Part shown: piece after piece, positions 31,033 through 41,428 of the stretch
Layout of the letters: each line of letters starts with the position of its first letter
How positions within the stretch are numbered: position 1 is the stretch's first letter
Assembly (NCBI GenBank): GCA_963665325.3
Contig: CAXXWS020000003.1
Location: forward strand, 128,001-192,000
DNA length: 64,000 nt
Origin: Alphaproteobacteria bacterium
GTDB taxonomy: Bacteria; Pseudomonadota; Alphaproteobacteria; Bin95
Direction of reading: 5' to 3'
Notes under the pieces: generated by a model
Seen by the model: the letters and a program-made list of their open reading frames with translations, nothing else
The model's database searches: none
Told to the model about the DNA's origin: nothing
Program-made: the position numbers and the translations under genes

Positions 31033-32328
31033 CTATCCGCTCGGCCCGTAGACGAGGTCCGGCAGCCAGAGCACAAATTCCGGGAACAGTGCGATCAGGA
31101 CGATCACGACGACATAGGTGAGCAGGAACGGGATCACGGCCACCGAAATCCTGTCGATGCTCAAATTCGTCAATCGTGTCGCAACGAACAGGTTTGCCCC
31201 GACCGGCGGCGTGAGGAAGCCAATCTCGCAGGCGATCACCATGATCACTCCGAACACCACCGGGTCGATGCCGATCGAAACCGCGATGGGAAGCATCAGC
31301 GGGGTCAGCAGGATGATCTGGGCAATCGACTCGAGGAACATGCCGGTGATGATCAGGATCGCGGCGATGACCAGGAGCAGGATGAAGCTGCTGTCCGTGA
31401 AGCCGGTCAGGAATTCGCCGATCAGGAACGGCACATCCATCAGGCTCAGCAATTCGCCGAAGGCCTTGGCCGGACCGACGATGATCAGGACGGCGCCCGA
31501 AATCATCGCCGTGGTCTTCAGGCAGGACAGGATCGCGTCCCAGGTCAGCTCGCGGTGCACGAATTGACCGACGAGAAAGGCGTAAACCACCGCGACCGAA
31601 GCCGCTTCGGTAGGCGTGAAGGCCCCGCTGTAGATGCCGCCGAGGATCAGGACGGGAGCGCCGATAGCCCATTTGCCGTCCCAGCAGGCCCGCCCGACGC
31701 GCACCCATGCAAAACTGTGATCGGTCTGCCCGCCATAGCCGCGCCGGCGCGCGATCAGCCATGTGACCACCAGGAGCAATGCACTCGCGATCAGCCCCGG
31801 CAGGACGCCGGCAAGGAACATGCGCGGGATCGAAGTGTCCGAAACCACACCGTAGATGATCATCAGGTTGCTCGGCGGAATAAGGCTTCCCAACGCACCG
31901 CCGGAGGCGACGATCGCGCCGCCATAGGCCGGGTCGTAGCGCTCGCGGACCATCGCCGGAATCATAACGGCGCCGATCGCCGCCGTCGTTGCGGGCCCCG
32001 AGCCCGAGAGGGCGGCGAAGAACGTGCATCCGAGCACGGCCACCAGGCCGAGACTGCCCATGTAGTTGCCGATCAGCGACTGGGCGATCGCCACGATCCT
32101 TAGCGCGAGGCCACCGCGCTCCATCAGGGCGCCGGCGAGTACGAACAGGGGCACGGTCAGGAGCGGGAACGGTTCGACCCCGGTGTACATGGCCTGGGCC
32201 AGCGCCACGACCGGAATGTCGATCAGGAAGTAGCCGACGAGCGTCGCGATCGCCACCGCGATCGGGATCGGAATGCCGAACGCGATGGTGGCGACCAGCG
32301 TCCCGAACATGTAGAGCGCTTCAATCAT
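31033..32328 (-). CDS. dctM: TRAP transporter large permease
   Basis: ALSGSGPAT, GSLIPPS, FTPTEAA, GFLTPPVGANLF. Confidence 0.93.
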   Translation of the reverse strand: MIEALYMFGTLVATIAFGIPIPIAVAIATLVGYFLIDIPVVALAQAMYTGVEPFPLLTVPLFVLAGALMERGGLALRIVAIAQSLIGNYMGSLGLVAVLGCTFFAALSGSGPATTAAIGAVMIPAMVRERYDPAYGGAIVASGGALGSLIPPSNLMIIYGVVSDTSIPRMFLAGVLPGLIASALLLVVTWLIARRRGYGGQTDHSFAWVRVGRACWDGKWAIGAPVLILGGIYSGAFTPTEAASVAVVYAFLVGQFVHRELTWDAILSCLKTTAMISGAVLIIVGPAKAFGELLSLMDVPFLIGEFLTGFTDSSFILLLVIAAILIITGMFLESIAQIILLTPLMLPIAVSIGIDPVVFGVIMVIACEIGFLTPPVGANLFVATRLTNLSIDRISVAVIPFLLTYVVVIVLIALFPEFVLWLPDLVYGPSG

Positions 32329-32848
32329 GGAGAACCGCCCCGTCTTCGGGGACTGCCGTCGGCAGGATGCCGTCCCGGGCCCAATGGTAATAGACCTGGA
32401 TGAGACGGACCGTCATCAGGGCGAAACCGACGACCAGGCACAGATACGGCCACTTCTGGGCAACGCCCAGCACCGGCGAATTGAAGGGGAGTTCCCACAT
32501 CGAAAGATGCAGCAGGAAACTCTGCCAGGTCAGGTATATGGCGAACACGAACCAGACCAGGTCGCTCAGCACGGCCAGGCCGAGCGCCATCCGGCCCGGG
32601 AAAAGTTGGATCAGGTTCATCACCCGTATGTGGGTGCGTTCGCGCACCGCCCAGGAGGCCGAAATATAGACGGACCAGAGCATCGCATAGACGGCGATTT
32701 CGTCCGACCAGGAGGTCGGCGCGCTGAACACATAGCGCATCACGACCTGGAAAAAGACGAGCACCGCCATGACGGTGACGCAGACGCCCGCAACGACTTC
32801 TTCGGCTCGCCGCTCAAGGAACGCGAAGACTGTGCTGAGTGAAGGCAT
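32321..32848 (-). CDS. dctQ: TRAP transporter small permease
   Basis: QVVMRYVF...WSDEIA...HIRV; four transmembrane segments. Confidence 0.92.
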   Translation of the reverse strand: MPSLSTVFAFLERRAEEVVAGVCVTVMAVLVFFQVVMRYVFSAPTSWSDEIAVYAMLWSVYISASWAVRERTHIRVMNLIQLFPGRMALGLAVLSDLVWFVFAIYLTWQSFLLHLSMWELPFNSPVLGVAQKWPYLCLVVGFALMTVRLIQVYYHWARDGILPTAVPEDGAVLHD

Positions 32849-32883
32849 GCAGCCCGCCGTGGAATGAGAACCCGGGTGGAGGG

Positions 32884-32935
32884 CGAGGGCCGCGGCGGGC
32901 TCGATGAACCTCCGCCCCGCCGCGGCCGCTCGCTT
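32884..32935. other. GC-rich hairpin between dctP and dctQ
   Basis: GGCCGCGGCGGG...CCCGCCGCGGCC inverted repeat; typical after binding-protein genes. Confidence 0.5.
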
Positions 32936-32949
32936 GCCGAAGTGTCAGC

Positions 32950-33942
32950 CTAGTTGGCGAGTGCGTTGATCGCCTCGATCAGTTCGACATATTCGGCGCC
33001 GCGTTCGGCCGCGAAGGCCTCATGCACCTCGGCGGCCGCCTCGATGAAGGGTGTGGTGTCCGGAGTCGTGAACTGCACGCCGGACTCCTTGAGCTTTTGC
33101 GTAAACCCTTCGTTGCCGATCCTGACATGCGCCCGCGCCGCCGCCGCCGCGATATCGGCGGCCATGTAGAGCGCTTCCTTCTGTTCGTCGGTCAGCTTGT
33201 CCATGAACTTGGTACTGACGAAGAACGGCGGCGTCAGCGCAAAATGGCCCGTCAGCGCGATATGCTTGGCGACCTCGTGGAATTTCTGAGTGAAAATGCC
33301 GTCAAGCGGGAGGTCGCCGCCATCGACGGTTCCGGTCTGCACGGCGGTCAGGGTTTCTGACCAGGCCATAGGGACGGGGTCGGAGCCGAACGCCTTGTAG
33401 GTGTCGACCATCACGACATTCTTGGGGACCCGGTATTTCAGCGGCCTGAAATCCTCGATGCTGTTGATCGCCTGCTTCGAGTTGTAAAGGTGCCGGAACG
33501 AGACCAGCACGATCTTCACCAGGTGGACGCCCGCTTCTTCCGGCATGGCGCCCCAGACCTTCTGGCCGACCTCGCCATCGACCACCTTGTAGGCATGTTC
33601 GAGATTCTGCAGCATGTAGGGCAGGACCAGCAGGTCGATCTTGGGATAGAACGGGCCGGCATTGTTCTGCGCGATCAGGGTGCCGTCGAGCGTGCCGAGC
33701 TGCAGCTTCTTTAACATGTCCTGCTCGCCGCCCATCTTGAAGCAGCAATGGACCTTGACCCGGACTTCGCCGCCGGTGAGCTTGTTCAGACGGTCGGCGA
33801 AGGTGTTCATGAATGTGCCGTAGGGATTTATTTCGGCCGTCGCGTAGCCGATGTTCATCAATGTCGCTGCAAGCGCAGAGCCCGTCGAAATTGCCGTGAC
33901 AACGGCCATCATGGTCGCCGCCAGAAGCGTTCTCTTGATCAT
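32950..33942 (-). CDS. dctP: TRAP transporter substrate-binding protein
   Basis: Signal peptide; KYRVP, PVPMAWSETLTAVQTGTVDG. Confidence 0.92.
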   Translation of the reverse strand: MIKRTLLAATMMAVVTAISTGSALAATLMNIGYATAEINPYGTFMNTFADRLNKLTGGEVRVKVHCCFKMGGEQDMLKKLQLGTLDGTLIAQNNAGPFYPKIDLLVLPYMLQNLEHAYKVVDGEVGQKVWGAMPEEAGVHLVKIVLVSFRHLYNSKQAINSIEDFRPLKYRVPKNVVMVDTYKAFGSDPVPMAWSETLTAVQTGTVDGGDLPLDGIFTQKFHEVAKHIALTGHFALTPPFFVSTKFMDKLTDEQKEALYMAADIAAAAARAHVRIGNEGFTQKLKESGVQFTTPDTTPFIEAAAEVHEAFAAERGAEYVELIEAINALAN

Positions 33943-34232
33943 TTCTTCCTCCCGGTTCTGGAAACGGAGTCCTCTTTGCAACGGCGCATGGAACGATCTC
34001 CCCCCATGTCCGCAACGCGGTAGTCGCGCCCAACGGGCGCGGCCGGACTGGCCAAGCCGCCCTTACGGGCGGGTCAATAGACCGAGTGTTGCACGATGGT
34101 GCGAGGGACGCCAGTGCCATGCAATCGTGCTCCCCGGGCCGTGTGCGGACGCCTCCCGGGATGCAAGCCTGTATCGCCTCCGTGTCTTCGCCGCTCGACA
34201 TTCCGGGACATGGCGGCGACCCCCGGAAACAA

Positions 34233-34589
34233 TCAGTCCGTAAGGGTTCGATCAATGTCCCCGGTCACGTTCGTTTCCGGGTCGTATTTCCCGGCCCAGG
34301 CCATTATCGCCAGCATCATCGGCCGCAGATCTTTTCCCTTGTCGGTGAGCTCGTACAAGACCTTGCGTCCGTCGGCCGGGTCTTTTTTCCGGCTGACAAT
34401 CTGTTGGGTTTCGAGCTGGCGCAGACGGTCGGACAGTACGTTCGACGAAATGCCCTCGCCGGCATTCATGAAGTCCTGAAACCGGGTAAAGCCGCGAAAC
34501 ATCATGTCGCGGATAACCAGCAGCGACCAGCGATCCCCGAATGTGCCCAGCCCGAACCGGAATGGGCATCGATTGGGCTCGTAAATCAT
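34233..34589 (-). CDS. HxlR family winged-helix regulator
   Basis: RCP...GDRWSLLVIRD...EGISSNVLSDRL...YELTDKG. Confidence 0.9.
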   Translation of the reverse strand: MIYEPNRCPFRFGLGTFGDRWSLLVIRDMMFRGFTRFQDFMNAGEGISSNVLSDRLRQLETQQIVSRKKDPADGRKVLYELTDKGKDLRPMMLAIMAWAGKYDPETNVTGDIDRTLTD

Positions 34590-34694
34590 CTTCCCAGCAT
34601 ACCGGCTCAGGAATTCCTTGCAAACAGCAAGTGATTGTGTCCCTTTACTTGCAAAATGCAAGCGATGGGCGCCGCCGTCGAAGAGGCCGACTCC

Positions 34695-35621
34695 ATGAAT
34701 CGAGCGATGAATGCAGCCGACTGGGGCCTTCTGCTGACGACAGCAGTGCTTCTGGGCAGCACCTTTCTGTTCCTCAACATCGCCGTCGCCGAAGTGCCGC
34801 CGCTGACCGTTGCGGTATCGCGGGCGCTGATCGCGGCGCCCATCTGCTGGGTCATGATGCGCGCATTCGGCGCGCGCATGCCACGGACCCGGCAGGAATG
34901 GGTCGCGCTCTTCTGGCTTGGGCTGCTGACGGGCGCGATCCCGTTCGGGTCGCTCTCCTGGGGCCAGCAGCATATCGAAAGCGGCATGCCCGGCATCCTG
35001 TTCGGCACGATGCCGGTCCTGTCGGTCGTTCTCGCGCCGCTGTTCCTGGCCGAGGAGACATTCACGCGCCGGCGTCTGATCGGCGCCGCGGTCGGGCTGG
35101 CGGGCGTCGTGCTGGTGATGGGTCCGTCGGTGCTGGTCAATTCCGGCGATCGGGCGCTCGCCGTCTTCATCACCTTTCTCGCCCCCTTGAGCCACACACT
35201 GGGCGCGATCTACGCCCGCCGGCAGCCCGGCCTCGCGCCGCCGGCCATGGCCACCGGGCAGATGATCTTCGGCGCCCTGATCCTGACGCCGCCGGCATTG
35301 ATCCTGGAAGCGCCGCTCGGCCTTACGCCCAGCATGGGAGCGCTCGGCGCGATCCTCGTCACCGGCGTTGCCTGCACCGCGATTGCGATGAGCCTGTATT
35401 TCGTCGTCGTCCGGCGCATCGGCGCCACCCGCAGCTCCCTCGTGCCGCTCTTCTTTCCCCCGGTTGCCGTGTTCCTGGGCGCGGCGGTCCTCGGCGAACG
35501 GCTGCCGGTCGAGGCCTTTATCGGTCTGGCGCTGATCATGGCCGGTGCGCTGGCCGTAGGCGGCGCAACGGCCAAATCGCCCGAACCGGCCGCCACCGCC
35601 GCCCGGGCGGAAAGGGTGTAG
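34695..35621 (+). CDS. EamA/DMT family transporter
   Basis: About ten hydrophobic segments in two EamA repeats; divergent from the HxlR gene; start uncertain. Confidence 0.88.
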   Translation: MNRAMNAADWGLLLTTAVLLGSTFLFLNIAVAEVPPLTVAVSRALIAAPICWVMMRAFGARMPRTRQEWVALFWLGLLTGAIPFGSLSWGQQHIESGMPGILFGTMPVLSVVLAPLFLAEETFTRRRLIGAAVGLAGVVLVMGPSVLVNSGDRALAVFITFLAPLSHTLGAIYARRQPGLAPPAMATGQMIFGALILTPPALILEAPLGLTPSMGALGAILVTGVACTAIAMSLYFVVVRRIGATRSSLVPLFFPPVAVFLGAAVLGERLPVEAFIGLALIMAGALAVGGATAKSPEPAATAARAERV

Positions 35622-35708
35622 ATGCCGGCGTGACCTGCGCCGGATAATGTGCCGACCCTGACGCGGCCGGGGATGCCGGTCGCTAACCGCGCCGAACGGT
35701 CCTGCGCC

Positions 35709-36251
<543 letters not shown>

Positions 36252-36262
36252 CGAAGGCTTCC

Positions 36263-36688
36263 TCATCCGACCTGGGTGCCGTAGGTGCCGCGCCCGACCG
36301 CGACCAACCTGCCCTGTTCGTCGTAAACGTCGATATCGACTACCGCGACCGTCCGTCCCGCCCGGCGCACCTTCGCCTTGCCGGTGAGCGCGGTGTTCGA
36401 GGCCGGGCGCAGGAAATCCGTGCGGTAGTTGATGGTCGGCACGCCGCCGCCCCGGTTTATCACCAGCGCATAGTCGCCGACCGTGTCGATGAAGGCGGAA
36501 ATGACCCCGCCGTGATACTGGCCCGTGCCGTGCGCGCGCTCGAACTCCGGGCGCATCTCGATGCGCATGGCGATCTCTTCGGCCTCGGCGTCGGCGTGGG
36601 TCACGGTAATGCCCATGCCGGCGTTGAAGGGCGAAGCGTCGATCTTGGCCTGGAGCGCAGCGACGGTGAGCGGCAGCGTGTCTGTCAT
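36263..36688 (-). CDS. PaaI family thioesterase
   Basis: [24 protein letters not shown] hot-dog fold. Confidence 0.9.
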   Translation of the reverse strand: MTDTLPLTVAALQAKIDASPFNAGMGITVTHADAEAEEIAMRIEMRPEFERAHGTGQYHGGVISAFIDTVGDYALVINRGGGVPTINYRTDFLRPASNTALTGKAKVRRAGRTVAVVDIDVYDEQGRLVAVGRGTYGTQVG

Positions 36689-36811
36689 GGGCCGAGGCGA
36701 ATAGCACGCGGGACCGGGCCGCGCCAGCGGGTGCGGCAGTCCTGCGCAGGCCGGGACAGGCCTGCCGTCAGCGGCTATTCTCCCGCGCCGGCAGGAAGGG
36801 GGCAGGCATCC

Positions 36812-38320
36812 ATGCGCATCAATCTCGGCGACCTTGCGGACCGGAACAAGGACCCGGACCTGCCCGCCATTGTCGACGCGGCAGACTGGGAGCACGCGCC
36901 CGTGCGCTCGCACCGCTGGCTGGAGGAGCGAACCTGCGGCGTCGCCCGCGCGCTGCTCGGCCGAGGCCTCGCGCGAGGCGACCGCGTCGCCATCTTCGCC
37001 GCCAACAGCGCCGACTGGCTCGCCGTCTATTTCGGCGCCATGCGCGCGGGCCTCATCGCGGTGCCGGTCAACTGGCGCTTCCCGGACGAGACCGTGGCCC
37101 ATGTCCTGAAGGACAGCGGCGCCAGATTCCTGTTCGTGGACGAGGACCGCCGGAATCGAGCACCAGGCGGCCTGCCGACCGTCGAATTCGGACGGGATTT
37201 CGAGGCGTTCCTCGATCCGGGCGCGTTCGAGACGGTCGCGCCGGAAGCCGGCGAGGTGGCGCAGATCCTCTACACCTCCGGCTCGACCGGGCTGCCCAAG
37301 GGCGTGCCGCTCACCCATGCAGGCCATCTCTGGGTGATCGAAATGCGCTTCCGCGCGACCCCGGAGATCGACCGCCACCGCTACCTTGTCGCCGCGCCCC
37401 TCTACCACATGAACGCGCTCGCCAGCTCCAAGTTCCTGATCGCTGGCCATGCGAGCATGGCGCTGCTGGGGCAGTTTTCCGGCCGGCGCTACCTGGAGGC
37501 GGTGCCGCGCTTCGGCTGCACATGGCTCACCTCTGTGCCGACCATGATCGCGCTCGCCCTCCAGGAGCGGGAGACGATCGCCCGGCTCGACCTGTCCTCG
37601 GTGGAGGTGGTGACGATGGGCTCGGCGCCGGCCACGGCCGGGCTGTTCGCCGAGACCCGCCGGGTCTTCCCCAATGCCCGCATCGCCTACAGCTACGGCA
37701 CCACGGAGGCCGGCCCCTGCGTGTTCGCGCCCCATCCGGACGGGCTGCCGACGCCCGATCTCGCGCTCGGCGTGCGGCACAATGAGGTGCAGCTCCGCCT
37801 GGCGGCCGGCGGCGACCTCGATGCCGAGGAAGGCGAGCTCCAGATGCTGTGCCCCGCCAACATGCCGGGCTATCTCAACCTTCCGGCCAAGACCGCCGAG
37901 GCGGTGACCGGGGAGGGGTATTACTGCACCGGCGACGTCATGCGCCGCGACGCCGAGGGCTTCTACTATTTCGTCGGCCGGGTGGACGACATGTTCACCG
38001 TCAACGGCGAGAATGTCTGGCCGTCCGAGGTCGAGAAGGTGCTGGAGGCGCATCCGGACATCGCCCAGGCCTGCCTTGTGCCGGTGCCGGACCCGGTGCG
38101 CGGCAACATGCCGGTCGCCTTCGTCGCGGCCAGGCCGGGCGCAAGTCTCGATGCCGACGGGGTCAAGGCCCATGCGCTCGCGATGGCGCCCGCCTACATG
38201 CACCCCCGCCGCGTGCATTTCCTGCCCGAACTGCCGCTCGCCAGCACCAACAAGGTGGACCGCTCGGCGCTCGCCGCCCGCGCGGCCCAGGCGGAGGGCG
38301 GCGCAGGCGCAGCCCTGTAG
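36812..38320 (+). CDS. Acyl-CoA synthetase / AMP-binding enzyme
   Basis: YTSGSTGLPKG, YGTTEAG, TGD, GRVDDM, LPLASTNKVDR. Confidence 0.92.
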   Translation: MRINLGDLADRNKDPDLPAIVDAADWEHAPVRSHRWLEERTCGVARALLGRGLARGDRVAIFAANSADWLAVYFGAMRAGLIAVPVNWRFPDETVAHVLKDSGARFLFVDEDRRNRAPGGLPTVEFGRDFEAFLDPGAFETVAPEAGEVAQILYTSGSTGLPKGVPLTHAGHLWVIEMRFRATPEIDRHRYLVAAPLYHMNALASSKFLIAGHASMALLGQFSGRRYLEAVPRFGCTWLTSVPTMIALALQERETIARLDLSSVEVVTMGSAPATAGLFAETRRVFPNARIAYSYGTTEAGPCVFAPHPDGLPTPDLALGVRHNEVQLRLAAGGDLDAEEGELQMLCPANMPGYLNLPAKTAEAVTGEGYYCTGDVMRRDAEGFYYFVGRVDDMFTVNGENVWPSEVEKVLEAHPDIAQACLVPVPDPVRGNMPVAFVAARPGASLDADGVKAHALAMAPAYMHPRRVHFLPELPLASTNKVDRSALAARAAQAEGGAGAAL

Positions 38321-38333
38321 AGCCGCTCGACCG

Positions 38334-39590
38334 TCAGGCGACGATGCCGTTGAGCGCGTAGTCGAACGCTTCGTAGCTGTGCAGCCGCCCCGCCTCGGCG
38401 CGGCGCGCATAATCGTCCTTGACCGGGCGGCTCAGGATAATCGGCACATCCGCCTCGTGGAGGCTGCCATGGGTGCGCAGCCGGTGGCCCTTGAGGCCGC
38501 TCAGGTCGTGGTCCGCCTCGCGGGACCCGATGACGGTGTGCGCGTCGGCGAGCACCGCGAGGTCGCCTTCGCGGTCGAAGGGCAGGTCCAGCTCCCGCGA
38601 CGCCCCCTCGCGGGACAGAACCCGCTCCACGCCCGGCGCGTCCGCGATGGCCTCGATGGCCTGCTCGACCCGGAGCCCGTCGCGGCAATAGACGCGCACG
38701 AAGCCGCCGAGCGAGCCGTGGTGGCCCACGAAGGCGTCGGTGATCGGGCAGATGACGGTGCTCGCGCCCGCGCCGAACTCGCTGTCGAGCATGTCCTGCA
38801 GCCACACGACGCGGGGGTTGCCGTCCTCGTCGGACTTGTCGTTCATGCCGTGGTCGGCGGTAAGCGCCACGGTCGCGCCCAGCTCCTCCAGCCTGCCGAA
38901 GCGCGCGTCCATTTCTGCATAGAAGCTGTCGGCCTCGGGATGGCCGGGCGCATAGGCGTGCTGGATATAGTCGGTGAGCGAGAGGTAGAGAATGTCCGGG
39001 CGGCGCTCTTCTAGCAGCTTCAGGCCGGCGTCCAGCACGAAGAGAGAGAGGTCGGCGGAATACATGTCCGGCAGCGGCTGGCCGACGAAGTCGAGCGCGT
39101 CCTCGATGCCATTCTCCTCCATGGTGCAGCGGTCGGCATGCTGCGAGGAGAAGCTGACCGAACCGTTCGAGAGGTCCATGCCCTTCTGGAGCTGCTGGCG
39201 GAGCTTGTCCTTGGCGGTAACCGAGACGACCCGTGCCCCGGCCCGCGAGAACGCGCTCATCACCGAGGGAGCCCTGAGCAGTTCCGGGCCCGTCATCACC
39301 ACCGGCTCGTCGGTGGCGCGGTCGAGGTAGAAATTGCCGGAGATGCCATGCACCGAGGCCGGGCGGCCGGTGACGATGGACATGTTGTTGGGACAGGTGA
39401 AGCTCGGCATGATGCCATCTGCCACCGTGTGGAAGCCGTCCTGCATGTAACGCGCGATATTGGGCAGGATGCCCGCCGCGAGCCCGTGCTCGATATAGGC
39501 CGGGTCCCCGCCGTCAATGCACACCACCGCCAGCGGCCGCTCCGGTCGGCTGTATTCGGTGCCGTTCACTTCCAGTCTGTCGGTCGCCAT
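38334..39590 (-). CDS. phnA: Phosphonoacetate hydrolase
   Basis: VCIDGGD, PSFTCPNNMSIVTG, YLSLTDYIQH, TADHGMNDK, LRTHGSLHE. Confidence 0.9.
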   Translation of the reverse strand: MATDRLEVNGTEYSRPERPLAVVCIDGGDPAYIEHGLAAGILPNIARYMQDGFHTVADGIMPSFTCPNNMSIVTGRPASVHGISGNFYLDRATDEPVVMTGPELLRAPSVMSAFSRAGARVVSVTAKDKLRQQLQKGMDLSNGSVSFSSQHADRCTMEENGIEDALDFVGQPLPDMYSADLSLFVLDAGLKLLEERRPDILYLSLTDYIQHAYAPGHPEADSFYAEMDARFGRLEELGATVALTADHGMNDKSDEDGNPRVVWLQDMLDSEFGAGASTVICPITDAFVGHHGSLGGFVRVYCRDGLRVEQAIEAIADAPGVERVLSREGASRELDLPFDREGDLAVLADAHTVIGSREADHDLSGLKGHRLRTHGSLHEADVPIILSRPVKDDYARRAEAGRLHSYEAFDYALNGIVA

Positions 39591-39594
39591 GTCG

Positions 39595-40539
39595 CTACTC
39601 CTGCGCCGCCAGGTACTTCTCGGCTTCGAGGGCCGCCATGCAGCCGAGGCCGGCGGCGGTGACGGCCTGGCGGAAGATCTTGTCCTTGACGTCGCCCGCG
39701 GCGAACACGCCCGGCAGGGACGTGACCGTGCTGTCAGGGCGGGTGATGAGATAGCCCTCCTCGTCCATCTCCAGCAGGCCCCGGAAGATGTCCGTGTTGG
39801 GCCGGTGGCCGATGGCGATGAACACGCCGTCCAACGTGCGCTCGGTCACGGCGTCCGTCTTCACATTTCGCAGCCGCGCGCCGGTCACGCCCGGCGGTGC
39901 GCCCCCGCCCAGCACCTCGTCCAGCACCGTGTCCCAGACCATCTCGACCTTCTCGTTCCGGAAAAGGCGCTCCTGCAATATCTTCTCCGCGCGCAGGCTG
40001 TCGCGCCGGTGGACCACCGAGACCTTGCTGGCATGGTTGGTGAGGTAGAGCGCCTCTTCCACCGCCGTGTTGCCGCCGCCCACCACCAGCACCTCGCGGT
40101 CGCGGAAGAAGAAGCCGTCGCAGGTGGCGCAGGCGGAGACGCCGAAGCCCCGGAAGCGCTCCTCGCTCGGCAGGCCCAGCCACTTTGCCTCCGCGCCCGT
40201 TGAGACGATGACCGTATCGGCCGTATAGACCGCGCCGCTGTCGCCCTTGCAGACCATCGGCCGGGCCTCGAAGTCGCATTCGACGATCATGTCGAAATAG
40301 GTCTCCGTGCCGACATGCCGGGCCTGCGCCTCCATCTGCTCCATCAGCCACGGGCCCTGGATCACGTCGGCGAAGCCCGGATAGTTCTCCACGTCGGTGG
40401 TGATGGTGAGCTGCCCGCCCGGCGCCATGCCCTGCACCAGCCCGGGCTTGAGCGCGGCGCGGGCGGCGTAGATCGCGGCCGTGTAGCCGGCGGGGCCGGA
40501 GCCGAGGATCAGCACCCTGTGATGGATGGGGTCGGCCAT
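39595..40539 (-). CDS. trxB: Thioredoxin-disulfide reductase
   Basis: GSGPAGYTAAIYAARA, SACATCDGFF, GGGNTAVEEA, FAAGDV. Confidence 0.97.
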   Translation of the reverse strand: MADPIHHRVLILGSGPAGYTAAIYAARAALKPGLVQGMAPGGQLTITTDVENYPGFADVIQGPWLMEQMEAQARHVGTETYFDMIVECDFEARPMVCKGDSGAVYTADTVIVSTGAEAKWLGLPSEERFRGFGVSACATCDGFFFRDREVLVVGGGNTAVEEALYLTNHASKVSVVHRRDSLRAEKILQERLFRNEKVEMVWDTVLDEVLGGGAPPGVTGARLRNVKTDAVTERTLDGVFIAIGHRPNTDIFRGLLEMDEEGYLITRPDSTVTSLPGVFAAGDVKDKIFRQAVTAAGLGCMAALEAEKYLAAQE

Positions 40540-40625
40540 GTCTTCTTACCTTGCTTTCGGGCTGCCGGACTGGCGCCGCCGGCCCGCTCATGTAGCATGG
40601 CCGGAAAAGGGAGGCACGGGGACAG

Positions 40626-41411
40626 ATGAGGACCATCGTGACGGGCGCGGCGCGCGGGATCGGGCGGGCGGTTTGCCAGAGACTCGCCCGCGATGCTCGG
40701 CGCAGCAACCGACCGGCGCATATCGCGGCCGTGGACCGGGCGCATGAGGACGAGCTGGACACGCTGCTTGCTGAACTGCGCGCGGAGGGCGTTGAGGCGA
40801 CGCCCTTCATGGGCGATCTCGGCGACCCCGACGCGCCGGCGCGCATCGTCGCGGAGGCGGCGGACGCAATGGGCGGCATCGATGCGCTGGTCTCCAATGC
40901 CGGCCTCGCCGCGCCTGCGCCGCTGACCCGGCTCGGGCTCGACGAGTGGGACCTCACCATGAATGTGAACACCCGCGCGACCTGGCTGCTCGGCAAGGCC
41001 GCGCATCCCCACCTGAAGGAAAGCCGGGGCGCCATTGCCGTCACCGCCTCCATGTCCGGCATGAACCCGCATAGCTGGATGGGTGCCTATTCGGCCAGCA
41101 AGGCCGGCGTCATCATCCTGGCGAAGCAGATGGCGCAGGAATGGGCGGCGGACGGCATTCGCGTCAACTGCGTCTCGCCCGGCCTCGTGCGCACCATGAT
41201 GACCGAGGCGATGTACGAAGACCCGGAGATCAAGGCGGGGCGCGAGGCGCTGGTGCCGATGGGCCGGGTCGCCGGCCCGGACGATATCGCCGACATCATC
41301 GCCTTCCTGCTCGGCCCCGACTCCCGCTATGTCACCGGGCAGGTCATCCTGACCGACGGCGGGCTGTCGGAGTCCATGTACAACCACATCCCGGGCCGGC
41401 CGCGCTCCTGA
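40626..41411 (+). CDS. Short-chain dehydrogenase/reductase
   Basis: TGAARGIG, SNAG, YSASK. Confidence 0.92.
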   Translation: MRTIVTGAARGIGRAVCQRLARDARRSNRPAHIAAVDRAHEDELDTLLAELRAEGVEATPFMGDLGDPDAPARIVAEAADAMGGIDALVSNAGLAAPAPLTRLGLDEWDLTMNVNTRATWLLGKAAHPHLKESRGAIAVTASMSGMNPHSWMGAYSASKAGVIILAKQMAQEWAADGIRVNCVSPGLVRTMMTEAMYEDPEIKAGREALVPMGRVAGPDDIADIIAFLLGPDSRYVTGQVILTDGGLSESMYNHIPGRPRS

Positions 41412-41428
41412 CCGCTGCGGGCGGCGCC

